A stretch of 63,772 nucleotides of DNA, filler included, from Stramenopiles sp. TOSAG23-2 (Eukaryota): assembly GCA_900128395.1 (NCBI GenBank). It is 9 parts of 9 records of this genome, joined end to end, with 100 filler letters (N's around TTAATTAATTAA, not from the genome) between each part and the next. Parts side by side here need not be neighbours in the genome. Positions count along the whole stretch, not along the records: positions 46,086 to 57,464 come from LT649938.1; positions 57,565 to 59,041 come from LT652825.1; positions 59,142 to 60,618 come from LT652826.1; positions 60,719 to 62,195 come from LT652827.1; positions 62,296 to 63,772 come from LT652828.1; 4 more parts are not named here. The stretch is one strand, 5' to 3'. This document shows, in pieces, positions 54,101-63,772 of the stretch; the first letter of the stretch is position 1, and each line of letters begins with the position of its first letter. The position numbers and the translations under genes are program-made. Below the pieces are notes generated by a model. The model saw only the letters and a program-made list of their open reading frames with translations, did no database searches and was not told the origin of the DNA.

Positions 54101-57100
54101 CCAGGTGTACCCGCTTTCTTTTCATGTAAAGCAGCACCACTGGATATATTACCTTCGTAACGCATGTCAAGAATAGCTGCTTCAGCAATTTTCTGGCTTC
54201 TTTCAGCATCTTCGATCATTTTATTCGAGTTTAAAATATTTTGTTCGCTTGTTTTGATACGTTTATTTGCAGCAGTTAAATTCGCTTCTGCATTTTTCAA
54301 TAAAGTAGTTGCATTTTTGCCATCAATACTAGCTTGTTTTGCCATTGCTCTTGCACGTACAACCCTTTGAAGTGCATCTCTTGCAGTTGCATTTGCATCT
54401 TGTTTACGTGCGTTTAAACTTTCCATCTCAGCTTGTAATTTGGATAATTCAGTTACACTAAAGTTCAAACGTTTCTCAGTCGTAGCAAGTATTTTCTCTG
54501 AAGCATTGACTTTTTTCTCTGCTTGTGCAACTTGTCCTTTCACACCTGCAATTGTTGCTTGATCTTGATTGCCTGCAGTAGCACTTTTCAACACATTTTC
54601 TTCCGTAACAGCTTCTGCTTCTTCTGCTTTCAAATTGCTTTTGTCTTTTTTCAATTGTGATGTTAAGGATGAAACAATACTGTCCAGACTTTCGACTTGG
54701 ATTTTATGTCTTTGAATTTTACCAGTGACTTCTTTCAACTCTTCCAATGCCTCTTTGCGATTTTTAAATGCTGCTTTTGCTAAAACTTCTGAATTACGTG
54801 CTAGGCGAGTTGCATTTGCAATGCGGCCTTGTGCTACTTTCATCAACGTCAAAGCAGTGTTTTTTGATTTGGTAGAATGTCCTCGTGTAATGTATGCATC
54901 TCTACGGATTTGTTTTGCTTTTTCCGTTTGGTTTTTGCTCAATTCAGAATAATTTTGTGCAATGTTGGCACTTTTCTCTGCTTTGATTCTAGCATGCATT
55001 GCTATCGCAGCTTCATTGGCATCGTTGGTCGCATCATTGAAGCGTTGGCATGCAACACGTGCATTGGATACCAATAATGCTTTTTTCGCTTCCATTTCTG
55101 GTGCCATATCAAGCTCAATGAAAGATGTTTCATTTGCCTCTGTTTCATTTGCCTTTTCAAATTTCTTCAATTTGAACACAGCATGGTCACAAGCACGTTT
55201 CCATGCATCTGCTGATTTGCGCAATTTTAAAATACTTTCAAAACTAGATGGGTCATCTTCTGGTGCATCGTCTTGCATTGGGTAGGTATATGTAATACCA
55301 ACACCAAACCACATTTCACCACCATCAACACTACCTTGCACGGTAACTGATTGTGGCATAGAGACGCCATTTTCAACTTGTGCAGGTGGAGTGCATTTTA
55401 AATATTGCCCAATTTTTTTCGTAACAGGATCTTTTCCACGTACCATGACACCAGATACAACGCGATCCATAAATTTACAACGATAAAAATCCGATTGTGC
55501 CGCTACTTGTAAATTTTCTGATTTGAACAATGCAGGTGCTAATGTTTTACCATCTACTTGGAAACTACCTTTGATTGGTCCAGGGATCAAAACAGGTTCG
55601 CCTTTTGCGCCTTGCTCTTCTGCTTTTTTCTCTGCTTCCTTTGCAGTCAATTCTTCAATTGCTTTTGCATGTTGTTCCTTAATCGAATCCATCGTGGATT
55701 CATGTTTGTTTACAATATTTGTATGGTGTACCTTACGATCTTTACGAAGTGCTTTCAATTGTTCATGATGTTGCGAAGCAACACGTTCCATTGCATCTTG
55801 ATGTTGTGATAAGATTAATTTTACTTTATCCTCGTTCACATTTTTCTCACTTTTACCACCATTAATAGCATTGACACTTTCTTCCGTTTCCATCGATGCC
55901 TTTTGGTTTGCATGTCTTTTCTTTGCCTCTGCTAAACTTTTAACATGTCGTACATGAATTTTGTTTAAACTTGCTTCGTGTGCTAAATGAATTTTTGCCA
56001 ATGCTTCTTTATGAGTTGCATGTATTAAATCAACGGCACCATTTCTTGCTGCTTGTATGACTTCATCTAACGTTCCCGCTTTTGGTCCCATGTATGCTCT
56101 TGCAACTGCATTTTTAATCTTTGCCAATGCATTTTCATGTTGTGCTTTCACGTGTTCCATACTTGCTTTGTGTGTTGCAACTACACGTCTCACAGCAGCA
56201 GTATGTGCTGGTGATTGTGGTTTAGATGTTGCAATGATTTTAGCTAAACCGGCTATACGTGATCTAATCTCTTCTAATTCTGGTTTTACTTTATCACCCA
56301 TGCGTAAAATATCCATCGTTGCGGCGGATACTGGTTTCAATCCATTCAAGCAACGTGTACATTTACCTGTCTTGCTATCTGTTTCTGCGCACTTTAAACT
56401 ACAACCATTATTTTTTAACAAAGCTTTGCGTTCTACCGCATTAATGGTAGCTAAACGTTGTGGTAACTTTGCCATAGCAAATGTCTTTGCTAAAACTTTT
56501 TCTACATTGCCTTTCTTCTCTTTCAAGACAGCTAACATTCTCACAACAGTTTCGCGGTTGTTTGTCAAACGAGTGATCAAACGAGAGAATAATGATGCTT
56601 GTAACTCACATTCTTTCGTTGTATCCATTAATAATTTTGTTTCTGCTTCATATACTTTACGTAAAGCACTTAATGCATCTTCTGATAGTGGTAACTTTAA
56701 ATTGTTATTTTGTACAATCTTATGATTTACTTTTGCCAATTCTTTCTTATCTTTTTCAATTTCACTTTGCAAACTTTCTTGTAAATCATTTGCTTTACTA
56801 TTAGTCTTCTTCCTATCATCACTACTCCTACGCACTGCTACTACGTTTTTATGTTTATTCCTATTTTTACTATTACTATTAGCATTTAATAAGTTATTAT
56901 TATCATCAATCTTATTATTGCTTTTGAAACCAACCAACTCCAACAAGGATGTAGCTAAGCTTTTCGTTGCTTTGCTTTCCAATTGTCTGGTAGCATTTAA
57001 AAGTCTACCTTTGGTTGCTTTCAATTTGGTACTAGCACGTTCCGTTTGTAAACGACATGACGTTTCCATAGCTGAACGTTCCTTCAATAAAGTATTAAGT

Positions 57101-57291
57101 TCTTTATGAAGTCTTGTTTGTATACCAGTTAATTGATCTTCCGCATTTTGTAAAGGTTGCTCCTCTCCTAATAATTTATTTGCTAATACTTCTAACTCTG
57201 CTTTCATCGATAACTCAGATGAGTTAACATGTGAAAACGTTGCTACTAATAATATTAAACAACATATCAAAAGGTTATATACGGATGTCAT
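48124..57291 (-). CDS. Giant secreted mosaic protein (3,055 aa): coiled coils, IPT/TIG-like and SEA-like segments, GAT/GGT Gly-X-Thr linkers, C-terminal Link-like module
   Basis: Signal peptide MTSVYNLLICCLILLVATFSHVNS from ATG 57291. TGATGATG repeats. Link-like FTFAQAAAKCR...HVCSEEEV...GFDVCACGF...GIYCC. Confidence 0.85.
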   Translation of the reverse strand: MTSVYNLLICCLILLVATFSHVNSSELSMKAELEVLANKLLGEEQPLQNAEDQLTGIQTRLHKELNTLLKERSAMETSCRLQTERASTKLKATKGRLLNATRQLESKATKSLATSLLELVGFKSNNKIDDNNNLLNANSNSKNRNKHKNVVAVRRSSDDRKKTNSKANDLQESLQSEIEKDKKELAKVNHKIVQNNNLKLPLSEDALSALRKVYEAETKLLMDTTKECELQASLFSRLITRLTNNRETVVRMLAVLKEKKGNVEKVLAKTFAMAKLPQRLATINAVERKALLKNNGCSLKCAETDSKTGKCTRCLNGLKPVSAATMDILRMGDKVKPELEEIRSRIAGLAKIIATSKPQSPAHTAAVRRVVATHKASMEHVKAQHENALAKIKNAVARAYMGPKAGTLDEVIQAARNGAVDLIHATHKEALAKIHLAHEASLNKIHVRHVKSLAEAKKRHANQKASMETEESVNAINGGKSEKNVNEDKVKLILSQHQDAMERVASQHHEQLKALRKDRKVHHTNIVNKHESTMDSIKEQHAKAIEELTAKEAEKKAEEQGAKGEPVLIPGPIKGSFQVDGKTLAPALFKSENLQVAAQSDFYRCKFMDRVVSGVMVRGKDPVTKKIGQYLKCTPPAQVENGVSMPQSVTVQGSVDGGEMWFGVGITYTYPMQDDAPEDDPSSFESILKLRKSADAWKRACDHAVFKLKKFEKANETEANETSFIELDMAPEMEAKKALLVSNARVACQRFNDATNDANEAAIAMHARIKAEKSANIAQNYSELSKNQTEKAKQIRRDAYITRGHSTKSKNTALTLMKVAQGRIANATRLARNSEVLAKAAFKNRKEALEELKEVTGKIQRHKIQVESLDSIVSSLTSQLKKDKSNLKAEEAEAVTEENVLKSATAGNQDQATIAGVKGQVAQAEKKVNASEKILATTEKRLNFSVTELSKLQAEMESLNARKQDANATARDALQRVVRARAMAKQASIDGKNATTLLKNAEANLTAANKRIKTSEQNILNSNKMIEDAERSQKIAEAAILDMRYEGNISSGAALHEKKAGTPGGMRVNADVLRTTGDILGSKAVPNLMKEEPGTIEPAGRRVGPAIDHSDSGFGEMPDKEDDDEETGGTGGTAMTGMTGLTGISGASGSTGATGATGAFGAASTGVSGASGMGADFAAALAIEKRTMNLKDKAAVNELALQKKNKKVEVLDDAMLGIPKRRNNHPVTEAMISSSLKKGCDWKNEGMLWCESLGRCYEPKTEDGSCTDKPGQLPTEISPLTASMMTGATGSTGSTGGEDVAPIDVESADMVDTVKQIEKEGEKAEKLETVDKENAAKLKDESKLLKLQIQKAQKEGNKEEQKQLKKRLDVATDTMAKKEADTINAKRTLGKVETTIKTAVESETKRLLKEEQQEKDATTALKQRMREAQDKNTPGAVSDAEQQKDEVADIQQVEQSEKEKLSRVKEALNTLKSKDVDGIKKQEELEKSTKSVLDTVNEDDKPSAEHISVLKRFPKRLRSKVSLTLGGYSAESFDEEAKLQVRNVIAEIADVDVTQVNILSYKDPLQEDANNGGKDADGEEATGPKSGIDDAVDEFIELSSDSYISMDGFLQLGNASIVGIDIEFEIAAPSVAVAASIDTKFKEQLKKPDDLLAMFKGSGLKHVTQVKIDFKLAQVVSATGATGATGAANEDPSMTGGAKNATDGNKIDDVAKDENQRTNDHLIKQETVRLQKLISKDEASLRKLEIAMHKAIAEGDNVTVAKISSQIRPIRKKLIQLRKDDASVQGSAAQVDVVTPQVHAAVTAQNKALKKRCKNDCENGVVSESKKVDYELLAKKTQNEVARVAQINYERAQKGLPPLPVEPEEKLNKKPKHAVVVPPLKAGKAKSHGDIEADAGILSTDTPYQKALKRKAASGRFIEQAQVGDRNGTAREQQAGTNFGNVKKDLVKALAEVDAAGKNLYLRELDLENGCGGANNPSEFKSLEEHCKEEVEKAKLRVKAANASVPMTKGKFMHAIIAWQETKKSKKVAAAVLKQANAHYQYLTRVVNKFELQHQLEKLKGDLQVADGALRAALALKKTANDTDDKNLTSNVANRRASVSALHSEIANVTEDIQDIGLAIKAAQSKYAMAEAGQKAIRVAAEKTLADYVHQERGARALEMVMAQEETALDVQRDEEKDAETAAEARRQAASGATGADGGVEATGNAAPKLDVEAITGAAASGMTGNSATAIEARQVMAKAKAKKKMLEASKNESVAEETVDGLNKSATGGSAEGEHRISVELKKQRLIKAAKAAKLAQEAIDGPRAENDKSDEELAAEKEAEKKAAKLVEETERSATAATGSTEAVNKTSKKVKAPKKPKKKKVPTVTGRTGSASTGGTGGTGGTGGTGATGAVEAEAEKLFNQGQLNVGVASTGATGATGATGAVNTPPPAPKQIVYAIKMRKRIENDLNNLIVEKPRLNKELAAAQLVYAQTMQKSRADPSLGDAIVIDADNRVKAAKTAVDNLQKKINVASANADAARDKVTETKAVLKAAGMDSVVKGLPLEEKKENVVDLPKVVAINPRDAPETKELKNVLVKTLLAVPKAKSSLYHINEKLVKALSECKYARREADSAKAEYDEKVKQYGASPQAEDASVVSGANERANATAMLVIKRCDLVASLQDDANKTTIAVEKTEEKARHARLALDAFLSAKSASFKNGAGPIPRRFMKEKDFEAEKVGIEKAIESSVDPKDLLPIGSTPLAILEKLGINNEKVDSPLQKAIWYAKGQFTFAQAAAKCRAPIKGVNMKAHVCSEEEVRNSMSGGFDVCACGFTSTVPVKAGKAKYGAASGFNVFIASMKGEGCGTANEGGYCNFQKKTGIYCCSDLKDGKLSTIELNGKTPIVNVDGSVTLGDGSAPVTGSDEVQTTGLKELIRQGDEKTKARAVPVQPVVIKAIDNKTNVDTIRKMVQERKKKIIDAEKKNVTQQVPEELGATGGSVPKPIHASGATGLGKSPNDGGISGAQGPVKVAAAETGSKGEDQEPKVGASTSTGGAVSKDEAADRKLVLSPRADLFF

Positions 57292-57464
57292 TTTTTTTAA
57301 ATCAAATCTCTCGTCGTTTTTTTTAACTACTATAGATATATTCCTAAAATCAAACAACAAAAATTAATTATAAAATTAATATGTTCTTCCCCTATAAGAT
57401 TTATATATATATATATTCACGTGTGTCGCACACCAAACTATCAATGTAAATATAAATATATTCC

Positions 57465-57564
57465 NNNNNNNNNNNNNNNNNNNNNNNNNNNNNNNNNNNN
57501 NNNNNNNNTTAATTAATTAANNNNNNNNNNNNNNNNNNNNNNNNNNNNNNNNNNNNNNNNNNNN
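57465..57564. other. Artificial contig linker
   Basis: N44-TTAATTAATTAA-N44. Confidence 0.98.
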
Positions 57565-59041
57565 TATAATCAATCCGTTCCAATGCCATGGGATTACTTT
57601 TAGTATCAATAAATGTAAGACCTAAAGGAACATCCCCTGTTGTAAATTTTCCATGACCAATAAAGTGCACAAATCTATACACATTTGTTTGTATTTTGGT
57701 TTTAAAATCATCTACTGTACCTTGAAATATTTCGGCATCAGTTATGTTTTTGATTTTCTCGGCTTCTGCAATGCTCTCCTTAAAATCTACAGCAAGAAAA
57801 ATTATCCCCTTTTCACCATTATATGACATGTTGGCAATACGATGTTTCTCAATTTTACTGTTTTCTAATGTTTTAAGACGCGCAGTAAGTTTTTTAATAT
57901 CATTGGCATTTTTTTGGACTTGATTTATCAATGTTTGAATCTTTTTACATTCAATTGAAAACTGCTCTACATATTTCTTTTGCTCCTCTGTGAATTCCTG
58001 GAATATATCTTGCTGTTCTTTTAATTCTTTTATACATTGAAGATTTAATGTATTTAAAGCATTATTGCATACAATTAAATGTTTACCATTTTGCTCCCGA
58101 TTTTTCATTTCTTCCTCAGAATTTACTGGACTACCATCATGAAATGTTACTAATGGTATTCCTATTTTTTGGCTTAATTCCCATAATTGATCAGCCATTG
58201 GCCCGGCATCCATATCGCCAGTTAAATTGCCATATTCATCACGCCATACATAAATATATAATTCTAAATCTTCGGTCACTGATTTTAATATATCATTAGG
58301 ACATGTTTCCATAATTAATTTAAAATTTGGATCGCTAGTAACTTTTAATTGACGTGCTTTTAATGTACCAAATTCACCATGGTTTGCTTTTATTTCGTCG
58401 AACTTATTAATATTATATAGGAACTCGCTACCTGAGACTAAGATATCAGTTGAAGCAGTACCAATTTCAGCTGCTTCACCTACTACTTTACCATATTCAT
58501 TCTGTTGATCCCGTTGGCGTTTTTTTTTCCGTATACCTTTTCTAAATAGCTCTTGTTTCCGTTGGCGGTTTTGTTGTCGTATTGTAATCTTATGTGCATT
58601 GTCATTATTAGCAGATTTAAATATTTTATGATCATCGTGTGCATAAAGAGTCACAGTAAAATCTTTGAATGTTAGTTTTAATTGATCTAATGAGTTTTTC
58701 TTGCTTGCTACCTCTGCTTTGTTCGTTTCATTATTATACCATAATGTAATCGGCCCAAAACTTTGCTTGGCTTCATTCCCTATTTGAATACCTATGTTAT
58801 ACTGAACATTAATTTTTTTACTTTTTTCTTTATCAAACCAATTGACACAAAATTTAAATAGTGAGTCTTCTGTACTTGTATTTGTACAACTTAATTTTAT
58901 ACATTTATCATCTACGTCCACTAAACAATTTTTGTTAATGCGGTGTTCCATCTTTAGTTGTTGAAATTTAAGTTCGCCTGCAGTTTGTGGAGATATCTTT
59001 ATAATTGTACTGTTTCCATTGTTGTTGTTGTTGTTGTTGTT
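57565..59041 (-). CDS. Partial protein (open at both gaps) with a coiled coil and the start of a CHAT-like (caspase-fold) domain
   Basis: Frame open across the whole 1,477-bp contig. GIIFLAVD..EAEKIK..GTVDDFKTKIQ..RFVHFIGHG..GLTF. Confidence 0.6.
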
Positions 59042-59141
59042 NNNNNNNNNNNNNNNNNNNNNNNNNNNNNNNNNNNNNNNNNNNNTTAATTAATTAANNN
59101 NNNNNNNNNNNNNNNNNNNNNNNNNNNNNNNNNNNNNNNNN
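59042..59141. other. Artificial contig linker
   Basis: N44-TTAATTAATTAA-N44. Confidence 0.98.
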
Positions 59142-59753
59142 ATCTAATGGTGGTGGAGATGGAACGATGATAAATCGAAAAAAAAATAGTTTTGAAGTTG
59201 GTCAAATGTGAGTTTTTTTTTTGTACGGTGTATGAATGATTGTACCCACATCTCGTGTATTATATCTTGATTATTAAAATATTTGAATGGGGTCTGAGGT
59301 GTGAGGAAAGGAGGAGAGGAGCGAGAGTTTTAAATCGACGAGACGAGAGTCGTAACGATTAAAATATAACATGCGTTTTAAAATATGTGGTCCTACACCG
59401 TGGTCCGTGGTTACGTGTTTTCATGTTGTTTTTTACACACAATTTATAAAAAATACGTACTTCGTAATAAAATTTTAAAAAATAAATATCTACGGGTAGA
59501 TCATATAAATGTGATATGATATTTTATGTGTGTGTGTTATATAATTACGAGTTCGTATTATTTTTTAATATTTTATATTTTTACGAAGAGTACGCGTATA
59601 TGTTACGCTTGTTCATATTAGTTTTTATATATAATGTTTTAAAATTTGAAATATGTCTTCATATATTAAAATCCCAAGAAGTGATGCTCTCTTTTAATTT
59701 TATATACGAATCGTATATTTTATACGCCATCTCAGTGACCCCAGTGCAAAAAT

Positions 59754-60618
59754 TCACACATCTACCATTTCAATTTCATGTTCATGATGTGGTACCATTT
59801 CATCATCTGAAAACAATTCAATTTCTTCTTCCTCTTCTACATCGTATTTTGCATTTCCACTTCTTCTAGTAGACGATGATGGCAACACATGAGACATTTC
59901 CACTACAACTCGACTACTACGACTGCTACTTTTACCATATTTACTTTTACTTCGTGATGATTTTTTTTTGTTTTTTTTACGTTTATTACGACGTTTTTTA
60001 CTACTACTACTACTACTACCTTTACGGCCAAACTTTTTATATTTACTTTTTTTATTATCATATTGATAATCATCCATTGAATCTTCAGGGAATTTCTTTG
60101 AAAGGACATTTAATGCTTCAGCACCTTGCCCTTTTGTAAAGACCCAAAATCGTCGTGGATCGACACGACCACATATTGTATAAATTGGTAATAAATCAAA
60201 ATCATCTTTAAATGTATTGAAATCACGATATACAAGTCCACCAGGTATACAACATGCTAAACTAGTAGCAGCTGCTAAATACAACATGATTTCTTTTAAA
60301 TGAAATTTAATACGATCAATTGTTGCATCGGAAAAACATTTCACAGTGGCTATAATAGCACATAACACAACTAGACATAAATGCAACGCAATACGAAATG
60401 CTGCTTCAATAACACCGCAAGGAGACTCAATTGCACAACCATGAAATAAAAATATACATTGATAAACGTAAAAGACGGTATCATCATCATCCTCCTCGTC
60501 GTCCATTTCATCCTCCTCTGAACTACTTGAATTATCTCCAGAAGAGGATGATGCTGAAGTCGAAGATAATTTTTTCTCTTTTTGACTCTTTCGTTTTGTT
60601 TTATTGTTGTTTATATTG
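59754..60618 (-). CDS. Hypothetical membrane protein, 5' truncated by a gap
   Basis: Frame open to the gap. Two to three hydrophobic Cys-rich segments and a K/S-rich tail. Confidence 0.6.
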
Positions 60619-60718
60619 NNNNNNNNNNNNNNNNNNNNNNNNNNNNNNNNNNNNNNNNNNNNTTAATTAATTAANNNNNNNNNNNNNNNNNNNNNNNNNN
60701 NNNNNNNNNNNNNNNNNN
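60619..60718. other. Artificial contig linker
   Basis: N44-TTAATTAATTAA-N44. Confidence 0.98.
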
Positions 60719-61129
60719 GATTCACATCATAAAATTAAAAAAAGTAATACAACTGCTTAAAAAATATAGAGGAGACACACACTCTTTTAAAAATAACATT
60801 TTTATATATAAAAATATTTTATGGGATTTCTGTACATCATACGAAAACCGTACGGACCCGGTTCCGTATTTTTTTTAATTTTAAGATACACACAACAAAC
60901 ATACGAATCGTATATTTTTTTGACCTTTTACCCCCCACACATATACTGATATAATTCTCTTCCTTTTTTGCAAAACATTTATATGTGTGCTTATAAAGAT
61001 CCTATAAAAAATATTACGTAGAAAACGTGGTGTATGTACATGGTACTATGAACTTTTAATGCTATAATATTCCAATGCTGTTTTATTTATCTCTCCACAT
61101 CCATTTGACACAAGACCGACATTTGCATT

Positions 61130-62195
61130 TTATCTAAGAAGTAATGGGGGATAAACTGGTTCATCATTCATCCAATTTCCATTGTGAAATACAGTACCAT
61201 TTGCAAGTGTCATTTTACCATATCCGTGTCTTTTACCAAATTTCCATACGCCACCATATACGTCGCCATTAGCATATGTCATTGTACCTATTCCGTGGTA
61301 CATATAATCATCCCATTCGCCCACGTAGGTTTTGCGTTTGTCACCACTAGCATATTTCTTTATGCCTCTTCCATGCTTCGGCATTTGTTTTAATCTACCA
61401 ACTGGTTGATCGTTCATCCAGTTCCCATCGTGAAATACGGTACCATTTGCAAGTGCCATTTTACCATATCCGTGTCTCTTACCAAATTTCCATGCGCCAC
61501 TGTGTACCGCGCCATCAGCATATGTCATTGTACCTATTCCATGGTGCATATGCTCATTCCATTCACCGATATATACGTCACCACTAGCATATTTCATTGT
61601 GCCATTTCCATGCCTCGCATCGTTTTCGTATTCCCCATTGTATATATCACCATTAGCAAACTTACAAGTTCCTTTCCCATTTGCTTTATGATCTTTCCAT
61701 TCGCCAAAATATACATTACCATTAGCAAATTCATATCTGCCTTTTCCATGGAAAACGCCATGTTTATATTCACCATCATATATTGTACCATCAGCATATG
61801 TATCTTTACCTTCCCCGTGCATCTTGTCATTTTTCCATTCACCGACATATACTTTACCATAATCTGTATATGCACCTTTTCCATGTTTTTTATCATCTTT
61901 CCACTCACCATCATATACAGTTTGATCAGCATATACACACTCGCCTTCTCCATTTCTCTTATCATCTTTCCATTCACCATTGTATGTATTACCATCAGCA
62001 TACTCACATCTACCTGTTCCATGTCGCTTGTCCTCTCTCCATTCACCGACGTACACAGTGCCTGTAGGAGATTTATATGCCCCGTGGCCATGTTTCTTAT
62101 CATCTACCCATTCACCATCGTACATGTGACCATTAGAACACAAATATGTACCTTTTCCATGCTTTTTACCGTCTCTCCAGTCACCAGTGTATGCG
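61130..62195 (-). CDS. MORN-repeat protein, 5' truncated by a gap
   Basis: More than 12 YxGEWxxxKxHGxG repeats; the last module is duplicated. Confidence 0.92.
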
Positions 62196-62295
62196 NNNNN
62201 NNNNNNNNNNNNNNNNNNNNNNNNNNNNNNNNNNNNNNNTTAATTAATTAANNNNNNNNNNNNNNNNNNNNNNNNNNNNNNNNNNNNNNNNNNNN
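62196..62295. other. Artificial contig linker
   Basis: N44-TTAATTAATTAA-N44. Confidence 0.98.
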
Positions 62296-62381
62296 TATCA
62301 ACTACTCGTAGCAGTTGATGAAAAACGAACATCATAGGAAGGCGGAGAATTATATAATAAATATATATTTTAGTTTCTACA

Positions 62382-63320
62382 TTATTTTACACTTCTTATT
62401 ACTGGTATTTGTTCGCTTATACAGACCATTACCTCTCTATTTCCTTCATATGCTTCTCTACCATGACTCCATAGATAATTATCAAGTATGACTAAATCTC
62501 CAGTTTTTAAATCAATTGTTTTCATTGCTTTTTCATATATATGACCAAGTTCATGAAGTTCATCATCTGTCATTTCTTCCCCATTTCCCCAACGAGCATG
62601 GAAAGGGCGGTGTTCCCGAGGCAAATGCTGCCAAGGTGCATATATTTCTGTTTCTTCATAGAGGCTTGCATGTTGTGTATAAATCTGGGACATTAATAAT
62701 TTATCCTTCGCCACGCTTCGTGGGTGCATCGCATAGCTTGCCATAGTTTGTACAGTTTGCATTGAACCATCCTCCAACCAATTTACATCACAATGTTCGC
62801 CACCAAACTTTTTCTTTGCTATTTTTGCTGCTTCTTCACGATCTGTTGTATGAAAAATTTGTTGCCAATTTGTATATTCAACTCCTTCACTAAATGCATC
62901 ATTCATATTACGAATATATTTCGTACCACCATCAAATTTTTTTTTCAATTTTGTAGGAAGTAAACTTGTCACTAATTTATTATCAGAAATTAAAGTTTTA
63001 CCACCACTTGGTGCAGCTTCTTTTGCATAAAAAGCAATGATTTCAGGGACAAAATCAGAATATGCCATTTCATTGTGCTGGTACACTGGAAGTTCGGGGG
63101 GTTCTAAATTGACAGTTAGCACACCATCCTCTAATTCATCTCGGGATGTCAATCCACCATCGTATTTGCCAATTGTGAAGAAGGGGATAATTGACTTCAC
63201 AGCTTTTACAAGATCTTTGTTATTTTGAATGTGCAATCCTGGTATCAACGCAAACCCATTTGTTTGAAAATCTTCTCGCGCAACACGGAAAAGTACATCT
63301 TTTGCCACTTTCCTTTTCAT
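62382..63320 (-). CDS. Fe(II)/2-oxoglutarate dioxygenase, TauD/clavaminate synthase-like
   Basis: HxE facial triad QHNEMAYS, GGKT, and GDLVILDNYLWSHGREAYEGNR. Confidence 0.9.
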   Translation of the reverse strand: MKRKVAKDVLFRVAREDFQTNGFALIPGLHIQNNKDLVKAVKSIIPFFTIGKYDGGLTSRDELEDGVLTVNLEPPELPVYQHNEMAYSDFVPEIIAFYAKEAAPSGGKTLISDNKLVTSLLPTKLKKKFDGGTKYIRNMNDAFSEGVEYTNWQQIFHTTDREEAAKIAKKKFGGEHCDVNWLEDGSMQTVQTMASYAMHPRSVAKDKLLMSQIYTQHASLYEETEIYAPWQHLPREHRPFHARWGNGEEMTDDELHELGHIYEKAMKTIDLKTGDLVILDNYLWSHGREAYEGNREVMVCISEQIPVIRSVK

Positions 63321-63772
63321 TGTTTCAGCTTACATAATCCCCAAGTAATCCTACGTTATATTTAATTGTTATTTTGTACTCGTATGTATGTATATATATA
63401 TATATATATATAGATATAAGTAGTTTGTTGGTTGTTGGTAGTTATTATCTTCTGTCTTATTTGTTTTCATTATGTGTTGTATGTTTTATTATCAATTCTT
63501 AATCAAATAATTTTAATAAAATTTTTCAAAAATAATTCTAACTGCCACGATTATTATTTCACGTCGATTTTTTTATAATATTTAAAACGATACACTATTG
63601 ATTTTTAAAATTAATAGCAGATTTTACTATTAGGAGAATATCAATGAGTTCGTAATGAGCTAGACGAAATCCTAGGAAATCTCTGATCATCGATTTTTCA
63701 CTCTATCAACTGACACATAATTTATACTTGAAAGGGAAATTAGAATATATCAAAATCATACTCAAATCAATT

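Overview
AT-rich, intron-poor eukaryotic DNA, probably from a heterotrophic marine protist such as a stramenopile (inferred from gene content and composition, not proven). The window is not one locus. It is nine contigs joined by eight identical 100-nt artificial linkers (N44-TTAATTAATTAA-N44) and ordered by length, so gene adjacency across a linker means nothing. About 25 genes or gene fragments are present, including glutathione synthetase, MCM7, SUMF1, MZT1, an MBD4-like glycosylase, an IAH1-like esterase, a sulfotransferase, a BEACH protein and a TauD-type dioxygenase. The most interesting items are: (1) a complete 3,937-bp piggyBac-like transposon (1708-5644) with ATAT rather than TTAA target duplications and bipartite ends containing palindromes, whose DDD transposase core is separated from its C-terminal AT-hook and Cys-rich domain by a single in-frame TGA-C; (2) a putatively mitochondrial histidine-phosphatase/NADK2-type NAD kinase fusion, a candidate bifunctional NAD(H) kinase/NADP(H) phosphatase; (3) a FYVE finger inserted inside the PH domain of a BEACH protein; (4) a 3,055-aa secreted mosaic protein with trichocyst-matrix-like features; (5) recurrent TACG-Nx-CGTA palindromes in gene 3' flanks.
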